A stretch of DNA of 64,000 nucleotides from positions 34,720,001-34,784,000 of the forward strand of contig OZ024756.1 of NCBI GenBank assembly GCA_964016885.1. Direction: 5' to 3'. Positions 1 to 14,148 of this stretch are shown in pieces; position 1 is the stretch's first letter, and each line of letters starts with the position of its first letter. Under the pieces are notes generated by a model. It saw only the letters and a list, made by a program, of their open reading frames with translations. It searched no databases and was not told the DNA's origin. A program made the translations under genes and the position numbers. The DNA is from Eledone cirrhosa (Eukaryota).

Positions 1-34
1 CCTGTGAGATATCAAGAAAAGAAAAACCAGGATG
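1..34 (+). CDS. Internal coding exon (5'-truncated by window) of an unidentified gene: PVRYQEKKNQD
   Basis: Open frame ending at the strong donor G|GTGAGT (35-40). Phase 1 matches the next exon at 681. Confidence 0.7.
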
Positions 35-267
35 GTGAGTATTTTAACCCTTTTAAAACCAAACCATTTGATACCATCTGTAGTTCTATGTTTATTTTAA
101 ACTGTTTATAAATATCTACATAAAAACTCCCATTGTAATTTTATGTAAGGACCTTTAAGTTATGCTCTAAACACCAGTTTAATAATAAGAAAATTAGTTA
201 TATTACATTGTAGTGCACCTGAGCACTGTACACAATAATTTTCATTATTATCATTATTATTTAAAAC

Positions 268-1250
268 TTTGCCTTTCATCCTTACGGGGTCGATAAAATA
301 AAGTACCAGTATTGCACTGGGTAATTGCTGGCCTTGTGCCAAAAGTAGAAACAATTATTTTAAAATCCCTCCAGATTCTTGATTATTTTCAAAATTATTT
401 CAAAATCATAGACAGTATCCTTCATTAGAAATATTGCAATAAAAAATTTAAAGCATTTATATTTATCTAAAAACTTTCCATCATAATCTAAGAACATTTG
501 TTGTGTTCCAGACACTAGTTTAGTAATGAAAACGTTAGTTATATTATTTATAAATCATAGACCGTCTCATTAGAAATATAGTAGCCAAGGAGATTAAAGG
601 GTTTATATTGGTGTAGATTATTCTATTTAACATTGTTAGTTATGTTTATTTTGTGAAAATAGTAATGTTGTTGTTTTCAGCACCCTGTTTCGACTTGACA
701 CCTGGTTGTACGAAGTACATTTCATATAAAGACGACCGAGGTCAGCTCTACATGGAGATGAACAAAGTAAATATTTCTCTTCTCATTTCACAAACTGCCT
801 CACTATTTGCAACATGCCATATGTGTGTGTATGTGTCTATAGTGTGTGTGTCCCTGTCTTTTGTATTGTCCCCTATATGTAGATCCTTGTGGCCAATAAA
901 GAAACAATTATTATTACCCTTTACGCTCTGAGTTCAAATCCCGCCAAAGTTAACTTTGCCTTTCATCCTTACAGGGTCGATAAAATAAAGTACCAGTAAT
1001 GTACTGAGATAATTGCTGGCTTTGTGCCAAAAATAGAAACAATTATTATTATCTGAATTGGCACTACCGATAGAGCGTTGGATGACATGCTTAGCGACAT
1101 ATAGATATGGTCCTTTACGTTCGGAGTTCAAATCATGCCAAGGTTAGCTTTGCCTTTCATCCTTACAGAGTCAATAAAATAAAGCACTAGTAATGTACTG
1201 AAGTCGATTTAATTGATTTTCCCCTCTCCCCAAATTGCTGGCCTTAATCA
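268..1250 (+). mobile_element. Three fragments of a SINE with a conserved central domain (tttgcctttcatccttacggggtcgataaaataaagtaccag)
   Basis: Copies near 268, 955 and 1150. Related copies near 17060, and in reverse near 24290, 24520 and 38720. From recall, the domain resembles Sauria/MetaSINE-type cores. Confidence 0.6.
681..766 (+). CDS. Internal coding exon of the same gene: (A)PCFDLTPGCTKYISYKDDRGQLYMEMNK
   Basis: Acceptor ttgttttcag at 671-680, donor gtaaat at 767. The 86 nt convert phase 1 to phase 0, consistent with both neighbours. Non-repetitive, coding-like sequence. Confidence 0.75.
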
Positions 1251-1521
1251 GAAACCATTATTATCATCATTAAATGAGCAAGTGTGTTTAGAATATGACA
1301 GCAATTGAATTTGAAGTTTTTCGCCTTTTTTTGGTTATGGAGGCTTATATGCCCCCGATAGACTATTTTCTGTAGTCAAAAAACAGCAAAAGCTTCTAAT
1401 TCAATTTTTAAATAATTATTATTATTTTTTCTTCTTTTTTTTATCATCAAATGTTCCTTTATGAACGGTATTTGCTGTTTATCTTTAGCAATGGTTTCTT
1501 CTCTTTTTCTTCTCCTTCCAG

Positions 1522-1611
1522 TGTGAAGATGGCAGAATCTGTGTGACTAATCTACAGCTGTCTCTCTCGTTAGTCGCAGTCAACCAGTGGTTTGGTACCA
1601 GTTATACCTGA
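1522..1611 (+). CDS. Terminal coding exon: CEDGRICVTNLQLSLSLVAVNQWFGTSYT*
   Basis: Long pyrimidine tract plus cag acceptor (1501-1521), phase 0, TGA at 1609-1611. AATAAA candidates near 2179 and 2209-2220. Protein family not recognised. Confidence 0.75.
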   Translation, partial: CEDGRICVTNLQLSLSLVAVNQWFGTSYT

Positions 1612-2499
1612 CACCACCTCCATCACTGCCACCCCATCATCGCCAACACCACCTCCTCCATCATCTCACCATCACAACCAACACTACTACCAACACTACT
1701 TCTACTGGCTTTTACTGCTGGATCAGATTCTAATCTAAATACTTGAACTATACACACACAGAAATATGTATACAGACACATATATACACACTCATATATA
1801 TACATACATGGACATCCACATACACACAAACATATGCAGACAAACACATGCACATACACACTAACACATGCATACACACACAGTTGTTCATATGTTCATA
1901 CACACAAGTTCACAGGCATTTTTGGTGATGGGTGTGTCTGACACAGACACAGTCCTCTTAAAAGCTGTACCTTGGTACCTCAGTACCTTACTACTTTAAT
2001 ACCTTACTACTTTGGTACCTTCATACTTTCATACCTTGGTACTTTGGTACCTTGGTATCTTATTCCTCAGCTGGCTATTATATCTGTTTTTTTTTTATTT
2101 TATATTTTCTTAAACCAAATCCGTGCTGAGTCTGTTAATAAGTTCTTTTTTTTTTTTTTCTTTCTTACTTGGTCAACAAATAAAAATCTTTAAATTTTAC
2201 AAATTTTTAATAAAAATAAAAATTTAAATTTTCCAAAAATATATATATATAAATATAAAATATATAAATAAATAAAAACTTAAAGAAAAAAAAAAGAAAT
2301 GTCCAAAAGTTACACGTATTATTGAAATTACTTCTTTTTGTAAAACTACGAAAAAGAAATAAGTTGAACTTTGCCCCAATATTTGGCTTCCTGTTTCAAA
2401 AATTTGGTGTTTGGTTTTGCATATGGAAAACATATTATTCACGGAGGTTTGTTGGATATTTTGTTATGTTCATTATTATTATTATTATTGTTTTCTCTT

Positions 2500-3110
2500 C
2501 CTTATCATCAAATGTTCCACCTGTTAAAATTTCAATCTTTGCCACCAACTGTCCACTTGTTCACCCATGAATAAGTTATGCCTGCTCATTAAAATCTCAA
2601 TCTTTGCCATCAAATATCCACCCTTTAAAATGTTAATCTCTGTTACCCATCAAAAAGTCATGTATGCTCATTAAAATTTCAGTCTCTATCATCAAAGGTT
2701 CCTCTGTCGCCAAATGTCCACTCATTGAAATTTTAATTTTTGCCATCAAATACATACACATTAAAATGTTATGCCTACCCATTAAACTGTCAATTTATAT
2801 AATCAAATATCCCTGTTAAAATGTTAATCTTTCTCACCAAGATGTCCACCACCCAATGAAAAGGTTATGCCCACCCATTAAAATGTCAGTGTCTGTCATC
2901 AAATGTTCACTCATTAAAAAGTTATGTTCAATTAAAAGATTATGCCCACCCATTAAAACATCAGGGTCTGTCAACAAATGCTCATCAGTAAAAAAAGAAT
3001 CTCTATCATCAAATGTCCATCATTTAAAAGGTTATTTCCACACATTACACAGTTATCCACCCATTAAAAGTTTGTCAACCCATTAAAATAACAAATTCTG
3101 TCACCAAATG
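2500..3110. repeat. Diverged minisatellite (catcaaatgtccacccattaaaa / gttatgcccacccattaaaa modules)
   Basis: Recurrent 20-55 bp modules visible throughout the interval. Confidence 0.7.
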
Positions 3111-3134
3111 TCCAATCTCATTCCTGTTCCTCCA

Positions 3135-3560
3135 TCTTCGGTCACTGTATTCCTTTTCAAAGAACAACCAAATATTCTTGTATTTAGCTCTGTTGGAGCC
3201 AAATTGGCCAAGTGGGTGATGTGTTTAGGGTAGGGCGGGGGGGTATTTGCATTGAAAGGCTGGAACATGTTGGGATTGGATCTCAAAGTTGTTGTTGGAA
3301 AGACAACAAGATGGAGGAGTTGGATGGAAGCAAGGGATGAGGCTTTTGATGTGGGTGGGCTGGGAAGAGTTAGAGCCAAGGCAGAGTTGTGAGGATGTGG
3401 GGTATGGCTAGAGATGGTTACTGGGGACAAGAATATCTAAAAAGTTGATGGAGGTGTGAGAAATGGCAGAAGTAAATTAGAGAGAAAGATGTAAGGTGTT
3501 CACAAAAGAGATGAAAGTGTGGCTCTGATACACTCATCTACATAGCAACCATTATAGCTG
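3135..3560 (-). pseudogene. Possible decayed Penelope-like GIY-YIG C-terminus
   Basis: Minus-strand HITHLANLAPTELNT resembles the Penelope C-terminal motif HLIFxLGxLxPxGLN. It is followed by ccgaagatgg, a possible truncated hammerhead start. Confidence 0.35.
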
Positions 3561-4539
3561 AGGGGGTGGGTTTGGTGGATATTGAGATGATTCTGATGAC
3601 ATTAAAAGGAGGAGTGGGAAGAGTCCCTCCTTGGGGTATTTTGTATTCTCCACTTTTGTCTATCCACACTTCAGCCTTGCGTTCTAGATGAATATTTTTA
3701 TTGAACTTTTCTTGTAGATTACCAAATGTTTACCTATGTGATATTCTTTGTGATAACCTGTTTGATTTCCTTTGTTATAATCTGTGTGATATTCTGAACA
3801 ACTCTCAGAACTTAACTATCAGTCCATGTGATAACACTGCTTCTTCCCTTTCCTCTGCTTATATTATTAAGGTGCTAATATGTGTGAGTGTGTTTTATGT
3901 ATGTATGTTCGTTGTATATATGATACATGTTAAGTCTATGTAGACACTCTCTCACTCTCTCTCTCTCTCTCTCTCATATATTAATCAGACACATGAAATA
4001 TGTGTTTCTATACACACACATATGCATGCACCCACATATATATAATGTGTGTGTGCATGCATTGTTACATAAAATAATGTAATGTGCTGTTTTTCCACTT
4101 TGCTTCGTTGGTAGGTTTCTACTCCCAGATATCTACTTACCATTATTCCTTGCTGTAACACACCACACCATACCTAGCCCCATCCAGCACACTCTATTCC
4201 CCACCCTCAATGTCTTTCTTCTTGTTTTATTATACACCCTATTTGTCATCAACCCAGGAAATACTGTTCGTTTTTTTGCAACTGTTTTATTTTTATTATT
4301 TTTTTTTTTTGCGTCTTCATTGGAACATTCCCAGGAATTAAAAAAGTTTTTATATATATACCTGATTGTATTTCCAACTGTTTGTATTTCCAATTGTTAA
4401 TATGTCCGGTTGTTTGAAGAACTTGATGACATCCTTACTGATTATTTGGGAATAAAAGTTTAACAATTATTTACACTTTCTTAACCTCTTTGCTGTTGTT
4501 GTTTTCATTATATATATATATGTATATATATATTTATAT

Positions 4540-4750
4540 ATGGCTGACTGAATACGCATGTATGTTTTTTTTCGTTCCTCTCTCTTCTCTTTATTTTTCT
4601 ATTTCGTCTTTTCTTTCTCATTCTATTTTCTGAAGAAGGACTAGTGTCCGAAACATTCAGACACTTTTCCTATTGTTTTAAGCGTTAAAATATATTTCTT
4701 CATTGTACTGTGTCGTTTGTTTTATTATTTCTGTTTACTTTTTACACATG
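4540..4750 (+). mobile_element. Family A short element (Penelope pLTR-like) carrying a hammerhead motif
   Basis: Shares atggctgactgaat...tttctcattctat-[hammerhead]-tail with copies at 30925-31060 (-), 33780-33960 and 61220-61370. Confidence 0.65.
4626..4661 (+). ncRNA. Minimal type I hammerhead motif, family A
   Basis: CTGAAGA-A-GGAC tagt GTCC-GAAAC-ATT. Helix II is perfect; helices III and I are partly decayed. Confidence 0.6.
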
Positions 4751-4794
<44 letters not shown>

Positions 4795-4989
4795 TGTGTG
4801 TGTGTATATATATATGTATATATACATGTATATAATGTGTATGTATGTATATATATATGTTTGTGTGTGTGTGTGTCCATATACACTCACACATATAGAC
4901 ATATGATACATGCGCACACACATACAAGCACACTTTGAAATCGAGTTATCTTTGAAGAGTATTAGAGTGACAAAGCACCACCTCAAACC

Positions 4990-5275
4990 CTTGTACCCCC
5001 CCCCCCCCCCGTTCAACTCGTCATCCTAATGTACCCCCAGCCCGTTCCACCCGGTCCTCCTAATATACCCCCCACCCTGTTCTATCCACCCGTCTTCTTA
5101 ATGTACCTACCTCTACACCGTCCCAATGTACCCCCACCCCTTTCCACCCGCCCTCCTAATACCTCCATCCCGTTGCACCCGTCCTTCTAATATACCCCTA
5201 CCCCGTTCTACCCGCCCTCCTAATACCCCCACCCTATTCTACCCGTCCTAATGTACCCCCACCCTATTCTCCCAA
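4990..5275. repeat. About 31-bp C-rich minisatellite (tacccccaccctgttccacccgtcctcctaat)
   Basis: Roughly 9 diverged tandem units. Confidence 0.8.
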
Positions 5276-5784
5276 TGACTAAGACACGGATCACCAGCAA
5301 AGAAGCCTGTAGGGAGTTGCTCGCCGTGCTAGAAATAGCAGCCGAATCTTCCTAAAACCACACCTTGTCCTGCTTGCTTTCTGAAAAGAAAAAAAAAAGG
5401 CGTATAATGTGCTCTTGTGTTTTTTGCACAATATATGTCATCATAAGTAGATACAGCATGGCCGAATATGGTCAAGAATGTTCACTTGGCAATCATGTTG
5501 CGTGGCATCTTGGACAAGCTATAGCTTCGGGTCGTCATAGATGTAAACTACGTGGAAACCCGACGGAGGGACTGTACCTGAAATTGTCTCTCACAGTCAT
5601 GCCGAATCTCCCTGAGAATTACGTTAAGCGTACACGTATCTGTCCGTAGAATGCTCAGCCACTTGCACGTTAATTCCACGAGTAGGCTGTTCCGTTAATC
5701 GAACACCTGAAACACTCAGTCATCGTCGAAACCTAGCTATACTAACAAAAGGGTTAAAACGCCCTCAGCTGTGTTGTCAATAAA

Positions 5785-6700
5785 CAACACACCACCACCA
5801 CCACGACTACAACTATATCAGACACCACCACAACCACAACATCACACACCACCACCTCAACTACATCATACACCACCACCACAACCACAACATCACACAC
5901 CACCACCACAACATCACACACCACCACCACAACCACCACAACATCACACACCACCACCACAACATCAGACACCACCACCACCACCTCAACTACATCATAC
6001 ATCACACACCACATCAGACACCACCACCACCATCAACACCAACACCACAACGACAACAACATCACACACCACCACCAACAACAACACAACATCAGACACC
6101 ACCACCATCAACACCAACAACATCAGACACCAACCACCACAGCTACACCAGACACCACCACCACCACCACAACAACAACATCAGACCCCACCACCAACAC
6201 CACAACGACAACAACAACAACATCAGACACCACCACAACGACAACAGCTACACCAGACACCACCACAACAACAACAGCATCAGACCCCACCACCACCACC
6301 ACAACGACAACAACAACAACATCAGACACCACCACCACCACCATCAACACCAACAACATCAGACACCACCACAACGACAACAGCTACACCAGACACCACC
6401 ACAACAACAACAGCATCAGACCCCACCACCACCACCACAACGACAACAACAACAACATCAGACACCACCACAACGACAACAGCTACACCAGACACCACCA
6501 CAACAACAACAGCATCAGACCCCACCACCAACACCACAACGACAACAACAACAACATCAGACACCACCACAGCTACAACAGCTACACCAGACACCACCAC
6601 AACAACAGCATCAGACCCCACCACCACCATCAACATCAGACACCACCACAACGACAACAACTACACCACCACCACCACAGCAACAACACACCACTATTAT
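5785..6700. repeat. Compound (CAC/CAA)n minisatellite with acatcagacaccacc modules
   Basis: Tandem modules that generate spurious Pro/Thr/Gln-rich ORFs. Confidence 0.85.
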
Positions 6701-6992
6701 ATGACTATATATTATATATATTATATTATATTACTACAGTATATATTATAATAACAAAGATATCGATGTGTGGTATCTGTCACTCGTATGTTAATTGGCA
6801 ATACGATAAAGACTATCATTTATTTATTGAAGTACACACACATACACACATACAGCTACATACACATACGTACACAAAATATACACACGCGCACGCAGAC
6901 ACATACACATACATACACACACACACACACACATATATATATATGTATATGTAATGGTATATATTTTATCTGATGATTCTATAGACATGTTT

Positions 6993-7024
<32 letters not shown>

Positions 7025-7090
7025 CTCTCTATACCCCCTCTGCATCTCCCCATGCATTGAGTACTTTGTTTTCTTCCCGGTCTCAGCACT

Positions 7091-7168
<78 letters not shown>

Positions 7169-7171
7169 CAT

Positions 7172-7258
7172 ATGGTCTCGGATGGCCTGGGCAGAGCCTC
7201 TTCGAGATCTGCCAACTAATATATATATATATATATAATATATATATATATATATAAT

Positions 7259-7297
<39 letters not shown>

Positions 7298-7344
7298 TAC
7301 TTGGCAGATCTCGAAGAGGCTCTGCCCAGGCCATCCGAGACCAT
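7172..7344. repeat. Perfect 44-bp inverted repeat flanking a (TA)n tract
   Basis: atggtctcgg...tctgccaa (7172-7215) is the exact reverse complement of 7301-7344. Confidence 0.95.
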
Positions 7345-7484
7345 TACACGCACACACACATACACACACATATACACACATATATATATAAATATGTGTT
7401 TACAAAGATTCGGATGTTTACAAAAAACGGGTTGTTTTTTGTTTTTATTTTCGTTTGCAACAACATAAAACAACTGAGAAGAGA

Positions 7485-9090
7485 AATACTACTACTACTA
7501 CTACTACTACTACTATAGCTACCACCACCATCACTACTACTACTGTAGCTACCACCACCACTACTACTACAACCACCACCACTACTACTACTACTATAGC
7601 TACCACCACCATCACTACTACTACTACTACAACCATCACCACCACCACCCACCACCACTACTACTACTACTACTATAGCTACCACCACCATCACCACTTC
7701 TACTACAACCACCACTACTACTACTACAACCACCACCACTACTACTACTACAACCACCACCACCACCACCACCACCACCACCACTACTACTACTACTACT
7801 ACCTGTAGCATAGGTAGTAGTATTGCTAGTAGTAGTTATTGTGGTAGTTTAAGCAATTATCGATATTAGCATCACCACCATCATCATCACCACCATCATC
7901 ATCACCACCAACGCCATCATCACCATCATCACCATCATAACTACCGATATCATCACCACCTCCAACACCACCACCATCACCACAACTTGAAACCTTGAAC
8001 TTCGTCAACATCATCATCACCACCAGCGTCATCATAGTTGTTATCATCTTAAACACCAGCATCATCAACGTCATCATTGTCATCATCATTATCGCCACCA
8101 ACACCATCACCTCCACCACCATCGCCACCACCATCACACCATCATCATCACCATCACCACCACTACCACCATCGCCGCCACCACCACCAGCATCACACCA
8201 TCACCACCACCTCCACCACCATCGCCACCACCATCACACCATCATCATCACCATCACCACCACTACCACCATCGCCGCCACCACCACCAGCATCACACCA
8301 TCACCACCACCGCCACCACCATCACATCATCACCATCACCACCACTGCCACCATCGCCGCCGCCACCACCAGCATCACACCATCACCACCACCGCCACCA
8401 CCATCAGCATCACACCATCGCCACCACCATCACACCATCATCATCACCATCACCACCACTGCCACCATCGCCGCCACCACCACCAGCATCACACCATCAC
8501 CACCACCTCCACCACCATCGCCACCACCATCACACCATCATCATCACCACCACTGCCACCATCGCCGCCACCACCACCACCACCAGCATCACACCATCAC
8601 CACCACCATCACCACCATCACCATCACTACCACCACCATCACACACCACCACCACCACCACCGGCATCACACCACGACCTCCACCATCATCATCGCCATC
8701 ACTATCATCACCTCCACCACCACCACCACCACTATTGCCGCCACCATTACCACCGCCATCACACCATCACCACCACCACCACCACACCATCATCATCGCC
8801 ATCACTACCACCATCACCACCACCACCACCACCATCACCACTACCACCACCACCACCATCATCATCGCCATCACTATCATCACCTCCACCACCACCACCA
8901 CTACCACCACCATCACACCATCATCATCGCCATCATTATCATCAGCATCATCATCGCCATAACTATAATCAGCACCATCACCACGACCATCAGCACCAGC
9001 ACCCGACCACCACCACCACAACAACAACAACAACACTACCACCACCACCACTACTACCACCATCATCACCACCGCCATCATTATCTCAAC
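7485..9090. repeat. (CTA)n/(CAC)n/(CAT)n trinucleotide array
   Basis: Low-complexity tandem triplets giving His/Pro/Thr ORFs in all frames. Confidence 0.9.
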
Positions 9091-9986
9091 ATCGTCTTCT
9101 CTCATTATTAATTATTAATTACACATCACTAATATACATATTTGGTGGGGGCGGGAGAGGTTTGAATCAAGCCGACATTTCCCCTCTTCTTGAAATTATA
9201 TGGAAGAAACATTTTGTTGTCGATGTTGTTTTTGTTGTTGTATAGCCCCAGGTCAGCCTTGATCCAGGAGTCATAGGATCGACAGGTTGTTGTATAACTG
9301 ACATGAAAGAGGGACTGAGTGTCGAGAACGAGAGAGAGAGAGGGAAAATAGAGAAAGAATGGAAGAGAAAGATAGAGCAAGAATGAGTGAGAGTTACAAA
9401 GAAACAAAGGAGAGTGATGAGGGATGAGGGGTTAGAGCGAAACAGAAAAAGCAATATGAAGACAGAGAGAAACAAGGCTTGACAGCGGAGAGAGAGAGGA
9501 ACAGACTGTAAAAAGAGGGGGAAAAAAGGATTAAGAAAGAGAATAAAAGGGAGTGAAAATGACAATATGACAAATTATGCGTTAAATATGTCTGTAACTA
9601 TATATATATACATATATAAATATATAAACAACTGGTTTTTCAGAGCCTATGAAGACCATGGGTGCTGCCCCTTCCACTGTCAGGGCATGTTTCTAGGAGA
9701 AGGCAACTCAGGAAACTGGGATAACTCCGATATAAAACCTGCGGCTCAGTAGTTACCGATGATGTTGATCTTTTCTTCTTTTCGGGTTATAGCTACTGTC
9801 GCTCAGAGAGTGGGATTGGCTCAGTGCACAGTCTTTCCTCACTTTAAAATATATCTTCACGCATTGCACGATAGAATTAATTAATAATTATTAATAATGG
9901 TATATCGTGCAATGGCCATACTCGATAAGTTATACATATATAAACATTCATTTAATAAATGTTTATAAATAACTACATATACTTGT

Positions 9987-10026
<40 letters not shown>

Positions 10027-10629
10027 GTGTGTAGAGAATATATGTAGAAAAAATGTGTATTCTGATGTCAGTCAGGATGTGTGTATCACTATATGGCATA
10101 TATATGTGTAAGTGTACAGATATAATTATATATATATATACACATATTTGATAACCTTGGGTTTCTTCATTGTGTATATATATATATATATATTATAAAT
10201 ACATACATGTGTATATGTGTCTATGTGTTGTTTAGACGTGTATGTGTATGGTACTCTGTTAGTATACGTGTATAGTTCTTGTGTGTATACGTACAAGACA
10301 AAGCTGTTGCTATGCGTATTGTATGTATGTGTGTGTGTATGTATGTATGTGTGTGTGTGTATGTATGTTTGTATGTATGTTTGTACGTCTGTATGTGTTT
10401 GTATGTATGTGTGTATGTATCTATCTGTATGTATATATGTGTGTACCTCTTTATGTATGTGTGTATGTATGTATGCATGCATTACGATGTATGTATGTGT
10501 ATATGTATGTATGTAAGCATATGTATCTATGTATATATATATATATGTATATAGGTACGTTATTCCGGGTTGAATCGGAGGTAACCACAGTAAGTAAGGT
10601 ACTCAATACATAGCAGAGTATAAAAGTTT

Positions 10630-10753
10630 TAATATAGAAGAGATTCTACAGGACTAGAACTGTTTCATTCTTTAGAAATCATCAGGAATCAGGATTCCTG
10701 ATGATTTCTAAAGAATGAAACAGTTCTAGTCCTGTAGAATCTCTTCTATATTA
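10630..10753. repeat. Perfect palindrome with 61-bp arms and a 2-nt centre
   Basis: 10630-10690 is the reverse complement of 10693-10753. Confidence 0.95.
10693..10741 (+). ncRNA. Type I hammerhead ribozyme motif (mirror copy on the minus strand at 10642-10690)
   Basis: Helix I GATTC/GAATC; core CTGATGA; helix II t-TTC taaa GAA-t; GAAA; helix III ACAG/CTGT; GUA cleavage triplet ending at 10736. Confidence 0.75.
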
Positions 10754-12274
10754 TATGTATGCGTGTTTGTAAAATAAATATTTAAACAAAATACAATTAT
10801 TTCTTTTTATTTATTGAATCAAGAGACACTGAAGAAATTCTTGTGGTGTTTACACACTGCTGTCAGTCATACACACACACACATACACATACATAATTCT
10901 ATAAGCTGTAAATATGAAAAATTATATAGTACACACACACATATATAAATACACACTTACATACAAATACACATACATATGTACATATATACATACACAT
11001 ATACATACTGACACACTCATACACATAAACATACATACATACATACACAGATACACACAAATACGTACACAGGTACACACACTCATATTCACATACATAC
11101 AGAGATACACACATACATACACAGACACACACTCATACTGACATACACACATGCATACACAGACACACACTCATACAGACATACACAGACACTCATACAG
11201 ACATACACACATACATATACAGACACATACATACATTCATACATACACACATACATACATACATACATGCATACATACAGACATACACATATACAGACAT
11301 ACATATATAAATACATACATACATACTTGGTAGATACGTACATACATACATACATACATACATACATACATACATACACACATACACACAAATAATAGTA
11401 AACAGTTCAACTGTTTTTGTTGTTATTTCGTTTATCATTTACTTATTTTTTATCTTCTGCTTGCTGCTTTCATTTATTTTTATTTTCTTCTTGTTTTTTC
11501 TTTTTTTTTGATTTTTATCTTCTATTTGTTTGCTTTTTTTTTTACTTCTTATCTTCTATTCGTTTATTTCTTTCTTTATTTTTATCTTCTGCTTTTTTTT
11601 CTTTCTTTTTTGTTTTATTTTTGGTTAGTTTTTTTGTTTGTTGCTTTCTATAATTTTATCTTCCGCTTATTTATTTATTTGTTTTTGTCTTCTGCTTGTT
11701 TTCTTTACTTCTTTACTTTATTCTTTATCATATTATTTCTTTATTGGCCACTGGGGCCGAAAATATTATTTTAGTATTTATTTTTTTCTTTATTTCTATA
11801 TATTTTACTTCTTTATTTCTTTCCTTTTAGTATTTCTTTATTTTAAGTCTTTATTTCTTTATTTTGCTTCCCCCCTCTCTAAACATTATCTTTCAGTATT
11901 GACTCTCCCCCTCTCTCTTAAAATATAACCTCTCACTCTTGTCTCTCCTCCTCCTTCTCTATCGCTGAATATTACCACTCAGTCTTGACACTCCCCCTCT
12001 CTCTATATACTACGTCCCAATCTTGACTATCTCACTCCAACTCCCTCTAACAGTTTATATATCTCTATCTCCATTCCCCTCTCTCACTGATAGTCTCTCT
12101 TTCTTATTCTTTCTCTCCCTCTTTGTATCATCACAGTCATTTCTCCACCCCCTCTCTCTTTAAATATATATATATATATTTTCATTTATATATATATATA
12201 GACAACTATACCCACACAATACATTTATATATTTTACTATTTGCATATATATATATATATATGTATGTATATTC

Positions 12275-12340
<66 letters not shown>

Positions 12341-12473
12341 TCACACACATACATAAATGTATGTATGTATTGTATATATATATGAGTGTGTATATATGTA
12401 TGTAAGTATGTGTTTGATATATATATATATATACATACATATATATGTATATATATATATATATACATACATA

Positions 12474-12517
<44 letters not shown>

Positions 12518-12551
12518 TATGTATGCATATATATATATATATGTATGTATG

Positions 12552-12593
<42 letters not shown>

Positions 12594-12625
12594 TATGTAT
12601 GTGTGTGTATATATATATATATACA

Positions 12626-12737
<112 letters not shown>

Positions 12738-14111
12738 TATCCTTCCCTCCACTCTCTATAAACAGTCTCCAGTTACAAATGTCTAGCTAGACACTATTTC
12801 TCTCCACAGTTTTCATTTTGTTGGTTTTATTTTTCTTATTTCATTTCATGTTTGTTTTATTTTTTGTTTGTTTATTGATATCGTTTTATAATTTTACAAG
12901 TAATGGTGGCGGCGGCGGCGGTAGTGGTGTTGGTGTTGGTGGTGTTCATAGTGATGGTGGTGGTGTTGATAGCGATGGTGGTGGAGGAGGTCGTCATCGT
13001 GGTCGTGATTGTTGTTGTGCTGATAGTACTGATGGTGGTGGTGGTGTGGTGCTGATGATGGTGGGGATGTGATGGTGGTAGTAGCAGTGAAGGTTGTAGT
13101 GTTAGTGGTGGTGTTGTTGTTGTGGTAGTGTTGATGTTAGTGGTGTTAGTGTTGGTGGTGGTGGTGGTGGTGATATTGGTGTTGTTGGTGTTGGTAGTGT
13201 TGATGTTAGTGGTGGTGATGTTAGTGGTGGTGGTGGTGTTGGTAATGTTAATGGTAGTGGTGGTGTTGGTTGTGTTAGTGATGTTACTGGTGGTGATGGT
13301 ATTGGTTGTTGTGTTAGTGGTGGTGGGGTGTGGTTGTGTTAGAGGTGTTGGTGGTGTTAGTGTTGTTGTAGGTAGTGTTGGTGGTGGTGGTTAAGTTAGT
13401 GGTGGTTATGTTAGTGCTGGTATTGGTGTTAGTGTTGGTGGTGTTGGTGTTAGTGTTGGTAGTGACATTGGTGGTAGTGGTGATGGTGTTGACGAAGTTG
13501 ATTGTGTAGTGTTGCTGATGGTGGTGGTGTTGATGGCTGTGTTAGTGTTGGTGGTGTTGGTGTTTGTGCTGGTGATATTGGTGGTGTTGATGATCGTGGT
13601 GGTGACAATGGTGATGGTGGCGGTAGTAGTGGTGTTGATGGAAGTGGTCACCGTCGTTGTTGTGGGTGTGCGTGGAAGTCTTAGTTTTTCTCTTTCTCTC
13701 ACATATCCTTTACTCTTTCTCTCTCTTATCTTTCAGTTTTACTCTTCTCTCTCTTATATTTATACTCTCTCTTATCTAACTCTCTTCTCTCCCATTGATA
13801 ATCTATTTTTTCTCTCTAATTATTTTATTTATTATTTTTCTATTACTTATTTCCTTCTCTTTCCCTTTCCTTCTCTTCAACATAAACTACATCTCATATT
13901 TCTTTCTCTCTCATTATTCACCCTCTCTCTCTCATTGTTATACTATCGGTGTGTAATTCCTCTTTTCTCTCTCTCTTTCCTTTGTTTTTTTCTTTCTTTC
14001 ACAACAACCTCACCTAGTCTATCTATCTATCTTTCATCCACTCTGTTGAATTCTCTTTATTCCATTTCTTGTCTTTCTCTTACAGTCTAAATATCTTTCT
14101 CCAACATATAT

Positions 14112-14148
<37 letters not shown>

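Noticed and set aside
5771-9245. Long ORFs of 326, 416 and 344 aa rich in Pro/Thr/His
   Set aside because: Triplet-repeat arrays open in several frames, with no splice or domain support.
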